DNA of 64,000 nt from Chiloscyllium plagiosum (Eukaryota). The notes under the pieces were generated by a model that had not been told where the DNA came from, did no database searches, and saw nothing but the letters and a program-made list of their open reading frames with translations. Numbering within the stretch: the first letter of the stretch is position 1; each line of letters starts with the position of its first letter. The DNA lies in assembly GCF_004010195.1 (NCBI RefSeq), contig NC_057718.1:63264225-63328224 (forward strand), read 5' to 3'. Shown here piece after piece: positions 26,836 through 40,680 of this stretch. A program made the position numbers and the translations under genes.

Positions 26836-27777
26836 GGAGAAAGTGAGCTGATGCTGGAGATCAGAGTTGAAAAGTGTGGTGTTGGAAAAGCACAGCCGAT
26901 CAGGCAGCGTCCGAAGAGCAGGAGGGGCAATGTTTTGGGCATAAGTCCTTCATCAGGAAGCTGGGTGGCGGTGGGGATGAGGGTAAGGTAGCTGGTAAGG
27001 TGATAGGTAGATGCAGGTGGGGGTGATAGTGATAAGTCAGGGGGAGGGTGGAGCAGATGGGTGGGAAGGAAGATGGACAGGTAAGACAGTTCAAGAAGAT
27101 GGTACTAAGTTGGAGGGTTAGATTTGGGATGAGAAGGAGAAAGAGGGGATTAGGAAGCTAGTGAAGTCGATGTTGATGCTGTATGGGTTGAAGGGTCCCA
27201 AGGTGGAAGCTGAGGCGTTCTTCCTCCAGTCGTTGGGTGGCTTGGATTTGGCAGTGGAGGAGGCCCAGGACTTGCATGTCCTTGGCAGAGTGAGAGGGGA
27301 AGTTAAAGTGGTCGGCCACAAGGTGCTGGGGTTGTTTGGTACACGCAAGGATATGCCAGTCCTGGGCCTCCTCCACTGCCAAATTCAAGCCACCCAATGA
27401 CTGAAGAAAGAATGCCTCATCTTCCGCCTTGGGACTCTTCAATTACACGGTATCAACATCGACTTCACTAGTTTCCTAATCCCCCCGCTTCATCTCAGAT
27501 CCAACCCTCCAACTCAGCACCACCCTCTTGAACTGTCTTACCTGTCCTTCCCACCTATCCGCTCCACCCTCCCTTCCAACCTATCACTATCACCCCACCT
27601 ACATCTACCTATCGCCTTTCCAGCTACCTTCCCCTGATCGCCACCCTCCTATTTATCTCTCAGTCCCCTTCAACCCAGCCTCCCCTACCCCCACTCCACA
27701 TTCCTGATGCCCGAGCATCTTCTGCTCCTCGGATGCTGCCTGACGTACTGTGCTTTTCCAGTGCCACACTTTTCAAC
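26836..27777. mobile_element. PLE inverted insertion (arms ~26836-27345 minus and ~27346-27777 plus)
   Basis: GIY-YIG C-terminal remnant VADHFNFPSHSAKDMQVLGLLHCQ. TSD ACATTCAAGATGGGAG at 26824-26839 and 27776-27791. Confidence 0.88.
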
Positions 27778-28109
27778 ATTCAAGATGGGAGTCTACAGCC
27801 AGCAGTGCATATGGAATCAACTCCTGCAATGCTGTACTTGCCTTAATGTGGGTGCTGGTGTGAATTATGGTGGTGTCTTGTGAACCAAACCAGTTCTTGA
27901 TGCTGTGATTTTTGTGTATGCATGTGTGGTGCTTCATCGAGGGGCGGCATTGACCCCACCCCCACCACACACACACACACACACCAAATGCTAAATGATG
28001 CTTCACATCCTTGGATTCTTAATCAGTTTTCTGCTCTTTTGTAATGATCTAATATGATAAAACAAATTGTAAAATTATACTCGTTTGTAGCTCACACTGT
28101 TTTCATGAT

Positions 28110-29110
28110 TTATAGTGCACAGAAATAGACCCTCCTGTCCAACTCGTCCACGTCACTAGGTATTGCAAACTTAACTGGTCCCATTTGTCTATGTTTGGCC
28201 CATATCCCTTTAAATCTTTACTGTTCATGTATATCTGTCAAATGTCTTTTAAAAGGTGTAATTGTACCTGCCTCTACTTCATCTGGCAGCTCATCCACAT
28301 GTGCACCGCTCTCTGTGTGAAATATTTGCCCTGACGGCCTTTTTAAATCTTTCCCCTCTCACCTTAAACCTATGCCCTTTAGTTTTAGACTCCCCTATCT
28401 TTGGAAAAAGACCTTGGCTATTCACCTCATCCATGCCCCTCAAGGTTTTATAAACCTCTATAAGGTCACCTATCAGTCTCTATGCTCGAGGGAAAACCTA
28501 TCCAGCTTGTCCTTAATTTTCAAAATCTCCAGTCCCAGCAACATTCTTGTGAATTTTTCTGCATCCTTTCTGGTTTAAAAACATCCTTCCTATAGCAAAG
28601 TGACCAGAATTGTATGCAATATTCTAAAAGTGGCCTCATTAATGTCTTATACAGCTGTAACATACATCCCAACTGCTATTCTCAGTGCTCTGACCAATGA
28701 AGGCAAGCATGTCAAACACCTTCCTCACCATCCTGTCCACCTGCAACACCATTTTCAAGGAACTATGAACCTGTACTTCTATGTCCCTCTGTTCAACAAC
28801 ACTCCTCAGGGTCTCACCATTAACTCTGTAAGTGCAGCCTGGTTTGCCTTACCAATATGCAACACGTTACATTTATCGAAATTAAACTCCAAATCTTGGC
28901 CCATTGGTCCACCTGATCAAGATCTTGTGTTCTTCAATATCTTCACTATCAACTATAGCATCAATTTTGGTGTCATTCTGCAAACTTACCATACCTTCTG
29001 TACTCTCATCCTTATCGTTGATATAAATGACAAACAACAGTGAACCCAGTGGTATTCTTGCGGCACACCACTGGTCACAGGCCTCCAGTCTGAATACCAA
29101 CCCGCTACGT
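28110..29110 (-). mobile_element. CR1 3' fragment
   Basis: RT and 3' UTR remnants (PLGSLLFVIYIND, DTKI). Confidence 0.75.
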
Positions 29111-29215
29111 GCCACTGACTTTGTAAGAAGGAGCACAGTCTTTAAGGGTTTTTTTTCCTACTGACACAGTCCTGTAAAAATACTATAAATCACATATTAT
29201 AATCATGTTTGATAC

Positions 29216-31009
29216 TGTCATAAAGCTGGTCCCTTTTTTTCTAAAAGCTGTTCCTTTTCTCAAGGATACTGTGTCCTTGGCTTTTTTCAGAGGGATCATA
29301 AAACATTCCCAGCTCCGAGGTGGCTAGTTTGGTACAGAGATGAAAAAGGATTTTGAGAGGCCTTTTGTTCAGAACAGATGAGACTTCAGGCCAAAGTGGT
29401 CATGTTTTAGAAGCATAATGAAAGGGAAGTGGTCAGCTTTCGAGCTGGGCAGTTCAGTCCAGAACTAGTTAGGAATTCCGCAGTGAGCTGCGTGGAAACA
29501 GGTTATGAAACTTTCTCTCTCCTTCAGCCCTTCTCACTTCAATCTGTGAGCATTTGTTCCATTTTTACTGTTTTTTAAGGAGGTTTGCTTATTAGGACTC
29601 TTGTGTATATTCAGAACAGCACAATTAAGTCTAGTTTGGATAGAACATTGAACATAGAACAGTACAGCACAGAACAGCCCCTTCAGCCCATGATGTTGTG
29701 CCGACCATTGATCCTCATGTGTGGTAAACCTAATGTACAAATTCTCAAATTTCTGTGACCATATGCATGTCCAGCAGTCTCTTAAATATCCCCAATGACC
29801 TCGCTTCCACAACTGCTGCTGGCAACGCATTCCATGCTCTCACAACTCTCTGCGTAAAGAACCCGCCTCTGACATCGCCTCTATACTTTCCGCCAAACAG
29901 CTTAAAACTATGACCCCTCGTGTTAACAATTTCTGCCCTGGGAAAAAGTTTATGGCTATCAACTCTATCTATGCCTCTCATTATCTTGTACACCTCAATT
30001 AGGTCCCCTCTCTTCCTTCTTTTTTCCAATGAAAAAAGTCCGAGCTCAGTCAACCTCTCTTCGTAAGATAAGCCCTCCATTCCAGGCAGCATCCTGGTAA
30101 ACCTCCTCTAAACCCTCTCCAAAGCATCCACATCTTTCCTATAACAGGATGACCAGAACTGGACACAGTATTCCAAGTGCGGTCTAACCAAAGTTTTATA
30201 GAGCTGCAACAAGATCTCACGGCTCTTAAACTCATTCCCCCAGTTAATGAAAGCCAAAACACCTTATGCTATCTTAACAACCCTGTCCACCTGGGTGGCA
30301 ATTTTAAGGGATCTATGTACCTGCACACCAAGATCCCGCTGTTCATTCACATTGCCAAGAATCCTGTCTTTAATCCTGTACTCAACTTTCAAGTTCGACC
30401 TTCCAAAATGCATCACTTCGCATTTATCCAGGTTGAACTCCATCTGCCACCTCTCAGCTCATCTCTGCATCCTGTCAATGTCACACTGCAGCCTACAACA
30501 GTCCTCTATACTGTCAATGACACCTCCAACCTTTGTGTCGTCTGCAAACTTGCTAACCCATCCTTCAATCTCCTCATCCAAGTCATTAATAAAAATTACA
30601 AACAGTAGAGGCCCAAGGACAGAGCCCTCTGGAACACCACTCACCACAGACTTCCAAGCAGAATATTTTCCTTCCACTACCACTTGCTGTCTTCTGTTGA
30701 CCAGCCAATTCTGTATCCAGACAGCTAAATTTCCCTGTATCCCATTCCTCCTGACCTTCTGAACGAGCCTACCACAGGGAACATTATCAAATGCCTTAGA
30801 CTAAGTTCTGTGGGGATTTTTTATTCTGTTCTTTGTGTTTCACTGTGTAATTTTGTGAATACATTTTTGTCTGTTTTAAAACCTGGTAGTCAACCTGGCT
30901 AACTTACTTTAGGTAATTTTCACTGTACACTTACTGAAACAAATTGCAAAGTTATGGTCTGGGCTGCCTGCTTAAGAATGTTTTGAGTGGTCTGGTCTAG
31001 TCCATTACA
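29216..31009 (+). mobile_element. Solo LTR related to 5848-6430, interrupted by a young CR1
   Basis: TGTCA...TTACA termini with ATAC/ATAT flanks. The 3' ~200 bp align by eye with the reverse complement of 5848-6050. Confidence 0.7.
29641..30797 (-). mobile_element. Young 5'-truncated CR1
   Basis: SGVPEGSVLGPLLFVIFINDLD, KFADDTKVGG, RGDLIEVYKIMRG. TTCTATG tail at ~29641-29660. Confidence 0.93.
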
Positions 31010-34000
31010 ATATATTGTAATGAATTTTAACTGAGTTTTGTTCAATGTACCTGCACCAAATTAGCAGTTAAGTAGCCAGCTATATTTTATAAGGCAAGTA
31101 TTTCATGCATTTGAGGAAACAGGTTTGCAGTAACAGCACTCCTTTAAGTGATTAAACTGTCATGGCATGAACATATTCTTCTAATCTCCATTACACCAAA
31201 CTTATTGTTGAGTGGAGGATTCCATTTTCTCTTTTACAGAAGGACAAGGTACTCTGACCCTATCATAGCCCAATCTATAAAGGGCTATGTGAGGGAAGCA
31301 AATACGCATAGCTGCCTCCAATCTTTAGAGTTATCGAATACATGATGTTCTCCTGTACTCTTTTCTGATTTTTTAAATCCATCAAGCCTGTGTCACCCCT
31401 TTCAAAGATCAATTTGCCAAAGAAAGCATGGTACGGAAGACAGGAGATGGGATTTGTGGTTGTTAATATATAGTAAGACAATAATTTTGAATCAGTAACC
31501 ATTATAATGCCATGTTTGTCTAATGTATTTCACTTTTTTCAAAAATTAGCAAATAAGCAAAGGCAAGCCAATAGGTGTCATGATTTATCTATTGAAAAAG
31601 AAAACTTGTTAGTATCTACAGATAGTTTAGGATTTTTGATAGTTGATAGACTAGTTTCCAACAAAATCTAATGTTCTTTAAGCAAAACACGCTAACTCAT
31701 TTTCAATTAATAGTTTTGGACCAAGGAATAAATCAGCTAATAACATCAACTTTAGTTCAGAAAAAAAATTGCTTAAATCCTTTGACATAACAAATTCTTG
31801 AGAGGAAGTGAGATAATGTAGTGGATGGGCTTTGCTGGAAAACAGTGGCTATGAGACAGATAATTAAATATGAATATTTATCAGTTATGATATTAGTCAA
31901 TTTTATGTTTAAACAAATAATGGTTGCAAACAAGGAGGTAAAATATTTAGCCTGTTAGTTAATAGTGAGAGTAGTAGTTCATGAGCATTAATGAGAGGCA
32001 TGTGCATCCAAGGGAATTGGAGCTCTGTTAGTATGAGGTAGGAGGGAGAAGATTTGCACAATGTAAAAAAAAATCCATCTTCTTTCTGCATTGCTTTGCG
32101 TTTCATTTTACCCTGGACAAAGCACTGACTTGGCTCACTATCCTAGTCCAGGTTGACTGGGTTTGGTGCCACAACCTCTTTTGGCTATCTAGTCCTCAGG
32201 AAAAATCTTTCATCATCCCATCTACCAGCATATCCAAGTCCCTGTTGGTAAAGCATGGAACTTACTTGCCTTTCTGGCCAATGTCCTCTGTTACACTGAC
32301 ACAGAACTCTACAGTAAAGGGTAGTTCCTGGCTTGCAGCATATGAAACGGTGTGCACTGGGCTTTAAGTATAGTACCAGTTGCATGAACACTGGAAGGTC
32401 CCAGTAGTAGTGAACACATCCCACCTCTCTTGCTTCATCATTTGATGAGAATGGCATTGTAAGCTTGGATGATAACTGGGAGAATGCGTGAGAAAACACA
32501 CTGCAAACCATGGCGATTGGGTGTCATAAATCTCACTCGCAGCAATACTGAACATAAAATGGTAAAGTTATAAATTATTGAAAATATTTAATTTTGCTGA
32601 TAAATTCATGTTTATCAGTATTGATAAAGTTAAACTAGGTTATATGCTTGAATATGTCAAACATATCATACACTTCAATAAACTATAACAACATGGTATT
32701 AAGTTGTTTGATTATGCTAGTTCATGGAATATTTCAAAATTGTAATTGTGCTTACAAATTAATTTCAGTAGCAACTGAATCTGCACAATTTCAAGTGCAT
32801 TTTGCAATTTTTTGGTCCTACACAAAGCAGAGATTATGTACACTTACACTTGAGGTAGTTTGCTGAAGAAGCCATTTTCTATATCAAAAGGACACTAGGA
32901 AAATGTGGCATAAAGTCAGAGAATATTGACTGAGCATTAAAAGCACAATTCAGTATTTTCTCATAGGCCGATACTACACATCATTCTTCGATATCTGTGT
33001 ATTTAATATTTAAGTGAATTAACTTTTGTATTGTGCTGTTGATCTATTTATTCAAATACCTGTAGTTCAAACCAGTGGTTTTCATGGAGACTTCACGTAT
33101 TATCATCATGGTGCAAAAGATTTGTTAAACTAAAAGCTATTTGGACATTGTGAACACATTTTAAGGAAAGCAGAACAAAATAAATATTTTAATAGATCAA
33201 AATAAAATACAAATGAAATAAATTTGTTCAGATTTTAATAAAAAGGAAATGTCATAGAATTTCAAAATACACAATACATTGAAATGTACCAATTGTTTGG
33301 TATATATAAGCCTGAAGCAGCATTATTTTGTCCTAATAAGCAGTCATCTGGAGAAACAATGCAGTCTGTTCTGTTATTTTTCCCTTAAACACTGTTTCAG
33401 TGCAAAGTAGTGATTTTATTTTTCTGGTGAACAAAGCAAAGCTTTGCATTCTTGCACAGTATTAGTAAATTTCTACTATTTCAAAAGCAAAAAATAAATA
33501 AAACAAATTCACAAGTTGTTTATCTGAGCATCTGGTGTGGGATGGCCTTATTTTTCCGAAAAATACAACTACTTTTTAACATAAAGACTATATATAAACA
33601 TTACAGTTAATCTTAGAAGGTCCACTATAAATCAACATTTTTCACATCATTTACCTATTTGTTTGAATTTGTGAGATTCAGCAGGTAAGTCTATTGTGAG
33701 TTAATTAGAGGTAGGTTGAGGGAAAAATGTGCAAAAAATTGAAATGAGTATGGAATAAATAGAGGAATAATAAGGTTATAAAAATACTACTTTGGTTTGA
33801 TTAAAAAGCTTACTTTGTGTGACTTTTCATTGGTGTTTGCAATGTCAATGAATATATTAAGAATTTCTAATGGAATAAAACAATATACTTTATCAAAATT
33901 TTATATGGATCATGTACCTGAAGTTTAATTCATTTATATTGGTATAAATTTGAAACTAAAAAAAAACTTTCCCGATTGTTCCACCAGAGTAAATACTTGA

Positions 34001-35146
34001 AATGCTTTATGATCTTCGCTACTGAAGGTAGGTAGAGGTAATTTATTTTTTGCCACTGAATTTTAGTCCCTATGAACGGATTTCAATGAAATCCGGTGCA
34101 CAGATAGGGTATGGCCAAAGGAAGAACTTATAGATTTTGGGGGAAAACGCAGATCCCAATGACTCTACTTTGTTTAAACTAATGGGAGTTGCTGATAATT
34201 CTGGCAACAAGAAGCTGATAAGATGTTCAACCTGAAGTTTTTGAGTACCAATTCTTCATTGCAATAATTGCCATAGTTTTCAGGAAATAACCTTCAGGTA
34301 CTTCCAGGAAGGGGAGGTAGGAGATGAGTTGTAATACCAGGATGACTTCAGTTTGTCCACAGGCAGCGAACAAATGTGATTATGTAATACTTCTCAGTTT
34401 TCCAACATTTTCAGTTTATATTAATCACTTGTTTTTAGAATATTGTAAGTTGTTTCATTCTGAATATTGTTGATTGTTTTACAATATCATTGATTGAAAC
34501 ATGTACTGTGTTGGAATTTGTAATGGCTATCAAAATATGAGCAGAGTTTTCAGAGCAGATTGCTGGATACGGATTTGTTCGAAAGTCTTCTCTATGACAT
34601 ATGCTCTTAATAAAAAGATGTATTTTTTCAGCTTTGCAGGTTACAGTGTGTCAGGAAGAACTGCTCAGTTATAACAATGCCGGGTCAATACAATTTGGCA
34701 GAAAATTGCACTAGTGTTCTTTTCACTTGTTCAGCAGATGCATTAATTCAATATGTTCAATGTTTCACAAAGAATATTTAAAAATTAGGAACCTGAAAAT
34801 CCTAGTTTGATTTCTAAACTTCATTCAGGTGTTTTATAAATTGAAAGGGTATTTGTTAATGATTTAATTAGTTTCAAAACAACTTCACCATTATTTTCTT
34901 CTCAATTCCCTGCATTAAAAATGACTCAATAAGACATAAGTTTACTTTTAAAGAATAAATTTAAAGAATAAATAAGTTGTGTAAGAAACATTTTAGAAAA
35001 TCATGGATGCCTCCCTGCAACCCGTGTGTTGGTTTAAAATGAACACATCATCTTTAAATGATAGATTAATTCATTTATAATTAGCTCATAATCCTACAGT
35101 GATAATGATGCAACATTCTTACTGCAATATAACCTTGTCACTGATA

Positions 35147-35366
35147 TAGTTGGTTCTGATATAACATGACAGTTTTGTCCTTATGCAATCTTGTGTTAGA
35201 AGAAAGTCGCACAATAGCCATGCCATTTAAACTGAAGGGGCCAGAATTGCATTACAGCCAATACAGGTAATGAATTTTCACGTTCTACAAGTAATGGTCT
35301 AAATTTGTCAACCGTGTTAAAAGCCAATTTGCATTGAAGAAACATGTGTTATACCAGAACTGACTG
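35147..35366. mobile_element. Tc1/mariner (pogo/Tigger-like) MITE
   Basis: Imperfect TIRs (TAGTTGGTTCTGATATAACA / TGTTATACCAGAACTGACTG) with TA on both sides (35145-46, 35367-68). Confidence 0.65.
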
Positions 35367-36442
35367 TACCCTTTTTGGTGTTAAAAGCCCTTTCAAGTCT
35401 TGATTCACGACAGGTAATTTTGAGGCGACATAGCAGATTACACAATAAATAATTATTTTTCATTTATTCAAATAAGAACTTGTCTCATTGTACTCATTTA
35501 GAAATTTTCTGCTCTGCACAATCATGTTGATTCATTCAATCTGCCTTCCATTCAATTCATTCTTCATTTGTTTACTTCTATGATTAGCAGCACCTTTAAT
35601 AACTATCTCAAATATTTGAACATGTTCTTCTTGCTGCTTATCATTATTTCAGTATGCTTCAGTCTAAATAATTCAGTAGCTTTCAAAGTTGAAATTGTTA
35701 AGTCATCTAGATATTCCATTCCCAGGCCATACCTGTTGCAACTTTATATAAGCTTATGAAGGAGCCATTCAATTGGTATAGTGCAATATACTTACCCCAT
35801 GTTTCTGATTAATGCTAAATCCCAGTTTTAAAATTTATATTGAATATTACAGATGCTTTTTGCTAATAATATGAAATGTGGATTTATGATTTTAAACGTT
35901 TGGACTATCAACATCATGCAACCTGTGCTAGCTCATCTGACATTAATGATCTGCAAGCGCAAAGCTGAGATATCAATGCCACCTCTGAGATGGACTTTAC
36001 CATCTGGTTCACCAAAGATTATCACCAACTTAAAATCAAACAATTCAATATGCATTGCATTAGCCTTCTCAATTGTTGCAGTTAGTGGTCAATCATTGCT
36101 CTTCAGCTGAAGAAAATAAATTCGTAAGAAAAGGTATAAAGTTTTGGTATTGAGCTTTTAATTTAGCAAATATCAAGTGGTTAAAATGTTTAAGTGACTT
36201 AAATTAGTTCCAGTTTACAATAGGTCAACTTAAGTGTAGGGCTAAATGTGTAAGCACTGCATATCAAAGTGCACCAGTGACAAAATATAACTGTAAACAA
36301 GAACAAGTAGTCTGACTGAATAGGTTTGAAATTCAATATAATGGATTAAACTGGAAATGTTGACAATTGAGGATACTGGTCTATTTGGTTCAGTATTGTA
36401 TGGAAATTGTAAATGATCCTTCCTTACATAAAATCACTGGTA

Positions 36443-36784
36443 TCATACAATCCCTACAGTGCAGAAACAGGCCATTTGGCCCATCAAGTCCACACCGACA
36501 CTCTGAAGAGCATCCCATCCTATCACCCCACCCTATCCCTGTAACCCTACATTTTCGATGGCTAACCCACCTAGTCTGCACATCCCTAGACTCTATGGGC
36601 AATCTAGCATGGCCAGTCTATCTAACTTGCATATCTTTGGACTGTGAGAGGAAACTGGAATACCCGGAGGAAATCCACACAGACATGGGGAGAATGTGCA
36701 AGCTCCACACAGAGGATGGAATTGAAACCGGCTCCGTGGCCCTGTGAGGCAGCAGCGCTAACCACTGAGCCACCCGGATGCCCC
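36443..36784 (-). mobile_element. tRNA-derived SINE (HE1/V-SINE type)
   Basis: Matches the other SINE copies. Confidence 0.85.
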
Positions 36785-36789
36785 GACAC

Positions 36790-37190
36790 CAACAAGACAT
36801 TGGTGATGCCGCTTTTGGAATACTGCATATAATTTTGATCACCCTGCTACAGGAAAGATATTATTAAATTGGAGAGGGTTTCAGAAAAGATTTACAAAGA
36901 TGTTGCTGGGAATGGAGGGCTTGTGTTATAAGGAGTGGCTAAGACTTTTTTTCCATTGGAATGTAAGAGGTCGAGGTTATAAACCTTATAGAGGTTTATA
37001 AAATCCGGAGGGACATAGATAAGGTGAACAGCAAATATCTTCTCCCTGGGGTAGGGGAGTTCAAACCTAGAGGGCGGGAAAAGATTTAAAAGGATTTGAG
37101 AGGCAAATTTTTCACACAAAGGGTGGTTCATATGTGAAAGAACTGCCAGAGGAAGTGGCAGATGCAGGTAGTTACAACATTTAAAGAGAT
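36790..37190 (+). mobile_element. CR1 3' RT fragment
   Basis: KTLVMPLLEYCI and downstream CR1 motifs. Confidence 0.75.
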
Positions 37191-37377
37191 GTAAGCTGCA
37201 TTTGATACCATAGATCAATTTCTATGGGCATTTAATTGCCATATCACCATTATTTGAACTGACAGATGCAACACTTGATGAATGGCTAAAAGAATTACTG
37301 GATATAATTGATGTTACAATTTTTTTAAGTGAAGATAAATAGCTGAGACAGAGCAGTTAGTCCTCTCTACTCAAGGA

Positions 37378-38219
37378 TGGTCCATCTGGAGGTTTTGTTC
37401 AAGAATTTCACACCAGGTGTAGTATAAGTCTGAACGTCTATTGTAAGTAGAGAATATGAGCACAATTTGAGCTTGTTAAGCCAAATGGAGCTTTCACGAT
37501 GTAGGTCAACGGGACCTTATTAGTTCAACCAGAGAGTGGTGAATCTATGGAATTCACTGCCACAGAAGGTTGTGTAGACCAGGTCAATGAGTGTATTTAA
37601 GACTGAGATAGATAGGCTCTTGATTCTCAAGGGGATCAAGGATGATGGGGAGAAGGCGGGAGAATGGGGATGAGAAACTTATCAGCCACGATTGAACGGC
37701 GGAGCAGACTCAATGAGCTGAATGGCGTAATTTTTGCTCCTATGTCTTATGGTCTTATACTGTGTATTTACCAGGATAGGTAAAGAGGACTGAGGTACAA
37801 ATGTGTCATGCTCCAACTGAATAATAGAGCAGACTTGAGGTGTGGCTTACTCCTGTTTTAATTTTTCTAAATTAACCCCGATGGGTCTTCTTAGAAGGTG
37901 AAACTTTTAAATTAACAATATCATGGCTTAGACAGCTGTTGATGGGACACTGTAACAAAATGTCAAGAGGTCAACTGAAACTTACAAACAGGAAGTTTCC
38001 AAAATTAGATCAACATATCATTATCAGGGGTGATCTGAAAATAGTTGACAATATTGATCACTCTCTGGTTGAACTAATAAGGTCCCGTTGACCTACATCG
38101 TGAAAGCTCCATTTGGCTTAACAAGCTCAAATTGTGCTCATATTCTCTACTTACAAGAGACGTCCAGACTTATGCTACACCTGGTGTGGAAATCTTGAAC
38201 AAAACCTCCAAATGGACCA
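37378..38219. repeat. ~160-bp inverted repeat pair (37378-37538 and 38059-38219)
   Basis: The arms read as reverse complements with only a few mismatches. Confidence 0.92.
37530..37757 (+). mobile_element. CR1 3' end
   Basis: CAGAGAGTGGTGAATCTATGGAATTCACTGCC... ending TATGTCTTATGGTCTTA, similar to 16907-17142. Confidence 0.85.
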
Positions 38220-38548
38220 GAGAAGATATCAAAGCATCTGAATGACAAACTATTAGGATATTTGTCAGCAGTGAGATTGGAACCCAAATTTTCAAAGAGA
38301 CAGAAACCTGAATCCAGCGTCTACTTGGCCATGTTACCAAAGTAGGTTTAAATGGAGCAAGTACACCAGCATATGTAGACTAGGGCCATATTGAATGCCC
38401 TTATTTAAAAAAAGAATAAAAATAAGAATAAATAGTTTCTATTGATGATTTCAGATATTATCCCTAGTTTGTGGATCTTGTTTTAATAAATAATTTTGAT
38501 GTTGGATTCCACCAATGAAAAAACTGAAGAACAAAAGTTGTTTTTATA

Positions 38549-38554
38549 TTTATT
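38549..38554 (-). terminator. Candidate polyadenylation signal for FAM161A (about 1 kb 3' UTR)
   Basis: AATAAA on the minus strand downstream of the stop codon. The context is AT-rich, so support is weak. Confidence 0.3.
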
Positions 38555-39512
38555 CATGGGATATGGGGCAATTGGTAGCTAGATTAGCATATTTTGTTGA
38601 TTTCTATATTTTCTTGCATAGTGTCTTCTATTCACAAAAATGGTTTACTCCTTTTCTTTAACACTGTTATGTACATACACTGTTCTTTTTCCATTAAGCA
38701 AAACTGATTTTTTTTTTGCAATTATTTTTCAGGATCCATTTATATTATAAAGTACTAATGAAGAGTTCCAGATACATTATGAACCAGTTTACAGTAGTTG
38801 ACAGTTCAGCAAAAATATTATCCATACATTTTCTGTTACTATAGAAAGAGAGTACTTGTTCTCCTTTTAGGTTTTGAAATCTTAGTTTTTAAATCAGAAT
38901 CAAATGCAAACAATTTGAATCTGATTAGTTAATTCCAACTTGGAACTCCTAAATGCAGTCAACATTTTAACTGTGCAGTTCATCATGGTGATTTTATAAT
39001 TTAGGCTAGTTATTTTAAATGAACCTGCATCTGAAAACGAATGTGGTAGTATCCATGGTTCAGATTCCTTCATTGCAATTCACAATGTTTACAGGATGAA
39101 TATTTGGCCGAAAGTTTTTGAAAACTGTTCAAACGTTAACACAAGTATATATCTGAGCTAATATGCAGCACATAAGTCATTCAGCAAATTCCTTCATAGG
39201 AAATACTTGAGGTATTTTCGTTAAAAATAGTTGACAACAATATTGATTGGTTTTCTGTTGTATGGTTAAGAATGCATACCATAAACTTGTCATACCCTTG
39301 CTAAAATCCTTGATTCATGAAAGTGAATCAGTTTCATCATTAAGTGTTCTACCATGAACATTAGAATTTACTAGTTCCTGATCATATTTAAAAGTTAATC
39401 TGAATTGTATCACCAGGAAGAAATAAAGGAAACACAATTAATATACAATAAATCATACTTATACAGTTAACCATTTATATAAATTTTTTCCTGTTTGCCA
39501 CTTCCTTTGTAG

Positions 39513-39627
39513 TTACTCATCTTTATTTATTTTGAATTCCTTTCCTTCCATGTCTCTTGATTCCTCAGTGTGCTCACTACCATCTTGGCCATCATCAGAC
39601 TCGAATCCATCAATTTCTTCCTGAGAA
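39513..39627 (-). CDS. FAM161A: FAM161A terminal coding exon (acidic tail, stop TAA at 39513-39515)
   Basis: attttttctacag| acceptor, phase 2 compatible. Encodes SSQEEIDGFESDDGQDGSEHTEESRDMEGKEFKINKDE*, an acidic C-terminus as expected for the family. Confidence 0.78.
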
Positions 39628-40124
39628 CTGTAGAAAAAATGCTTTGGATTTGTACAAATAGCTTCCAACAATCTAATCTTAGTAATGGTGGCTAAAAACT
39701 TTGATGTGCCTTAGAAAAGTTTAGAGTTGGGCAAATTTCATCTTTACTTACCAAATCTTCAACAGAATAGAGACCAGGATAAGCTGCAATTGATTTCCTT
39801 CCGTATGATACTGAAGTTTTTTTAATATAATTCCTAACGTTAGTCCAACAAAAGGTAGCAAAATATCTTATCTATTCTGACTAAATGGTATGGTCAGCTT
39901 GAGACAAAATAAAACATGATTGGTATAAAATTAATTATCCTCCAATTATGTTTTCAGCAATAAAGGATACTCTGTTGGAATGCTATCAAAGGTTAACAAA
40001 AGCAAAATTGGTTAATACGTTTCACTTAAATCTTAGACACTACTTAATCCTCACATTTCCAAATGGAATAAAAGAAAAACTGAATTAAACTTGAAGCTGA
40101 ACTTAAAAACAAAAATCACAATAA

Positions 40125-40312
40125 CTACGGATGCTGGAATTCAGAAACAATACAGACATTGCTGCAAAAACTCAGTAGGTCTGGTAGTATAGAAATCAGA
40201 GTTAATGTTTTGGGTCCAATAAGGATTACTGAAACTGAGGTGTTAACTCTGATTTCTCTCCACAGATGCTGCCAGGACCTGCTGAGCTTTTCCAACAATT
40301 TCTGTTTTGTCT
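40125..40312. mobile_element. Old diverged PLE-terminus fold-back insertion in the last FAM161A intron
   Basis: GATGCTGGAA...AAACTCAGTAGGTCTGG...AGAAATCAGAGTTAA facing TTAACTCTGATTTCT...GACCTGCTGAGCTTTTCC. Confidence 0.65.
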
Positions 40313-40680
40313 TTGTAAATCTGAAGCTGGACCGGACAGGATAAAATTTGGAATGAAGAGCAACCAATGACATTGTCTTCTACCCATGAGTCATTTCAAG
40401 GTTTACACTGTTTTTCATTTCAAGTTTTTCAATGTTTTCATTGCACTTATTTTGGCAATATTAAAAAGAAATAAAATCACACACTAAAGAACCCTTTCCA
40501 CTATTAGTCTTATTTTAAAATGCTATTAGTCTTACTTTCAGCCCCGTAATACTCAAGAAAATTAATTGCCTGTTAATTGTTGAATTATAACAAGATAAAT
40601 AGCCTTTTCAAAAACTGGTTTGTTGAAAACATCTCAAACATTAAATACAAGTGTCAATTGTCAGTACAGAGAAGAGTTAC

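Noticed and set aside
20039..27984. (GA)n at ~20039-20057 and (CA)n at ~27965-27984
   Set aside because: Ordinary short microsatellites.
25815..31345. Possible plus-strand exon pair 25815-25865 and 31240-31345 (SIAIHSGSRSFFSLKQ-RRTRYSDPIIAQ...)
   Set aside because: Phases fit and the second acceptor is good, but the first acceptor is weak, the peptide is unrecognised and no upstream exons were found. It needs RNA-seq.
34065..34160. Short stretch resembling a non-autonomous fish DNA repeat (TGAACGGATTTCAATGAAAT...)
   Set aside because: Too short and diverged to define ends or family by eye.
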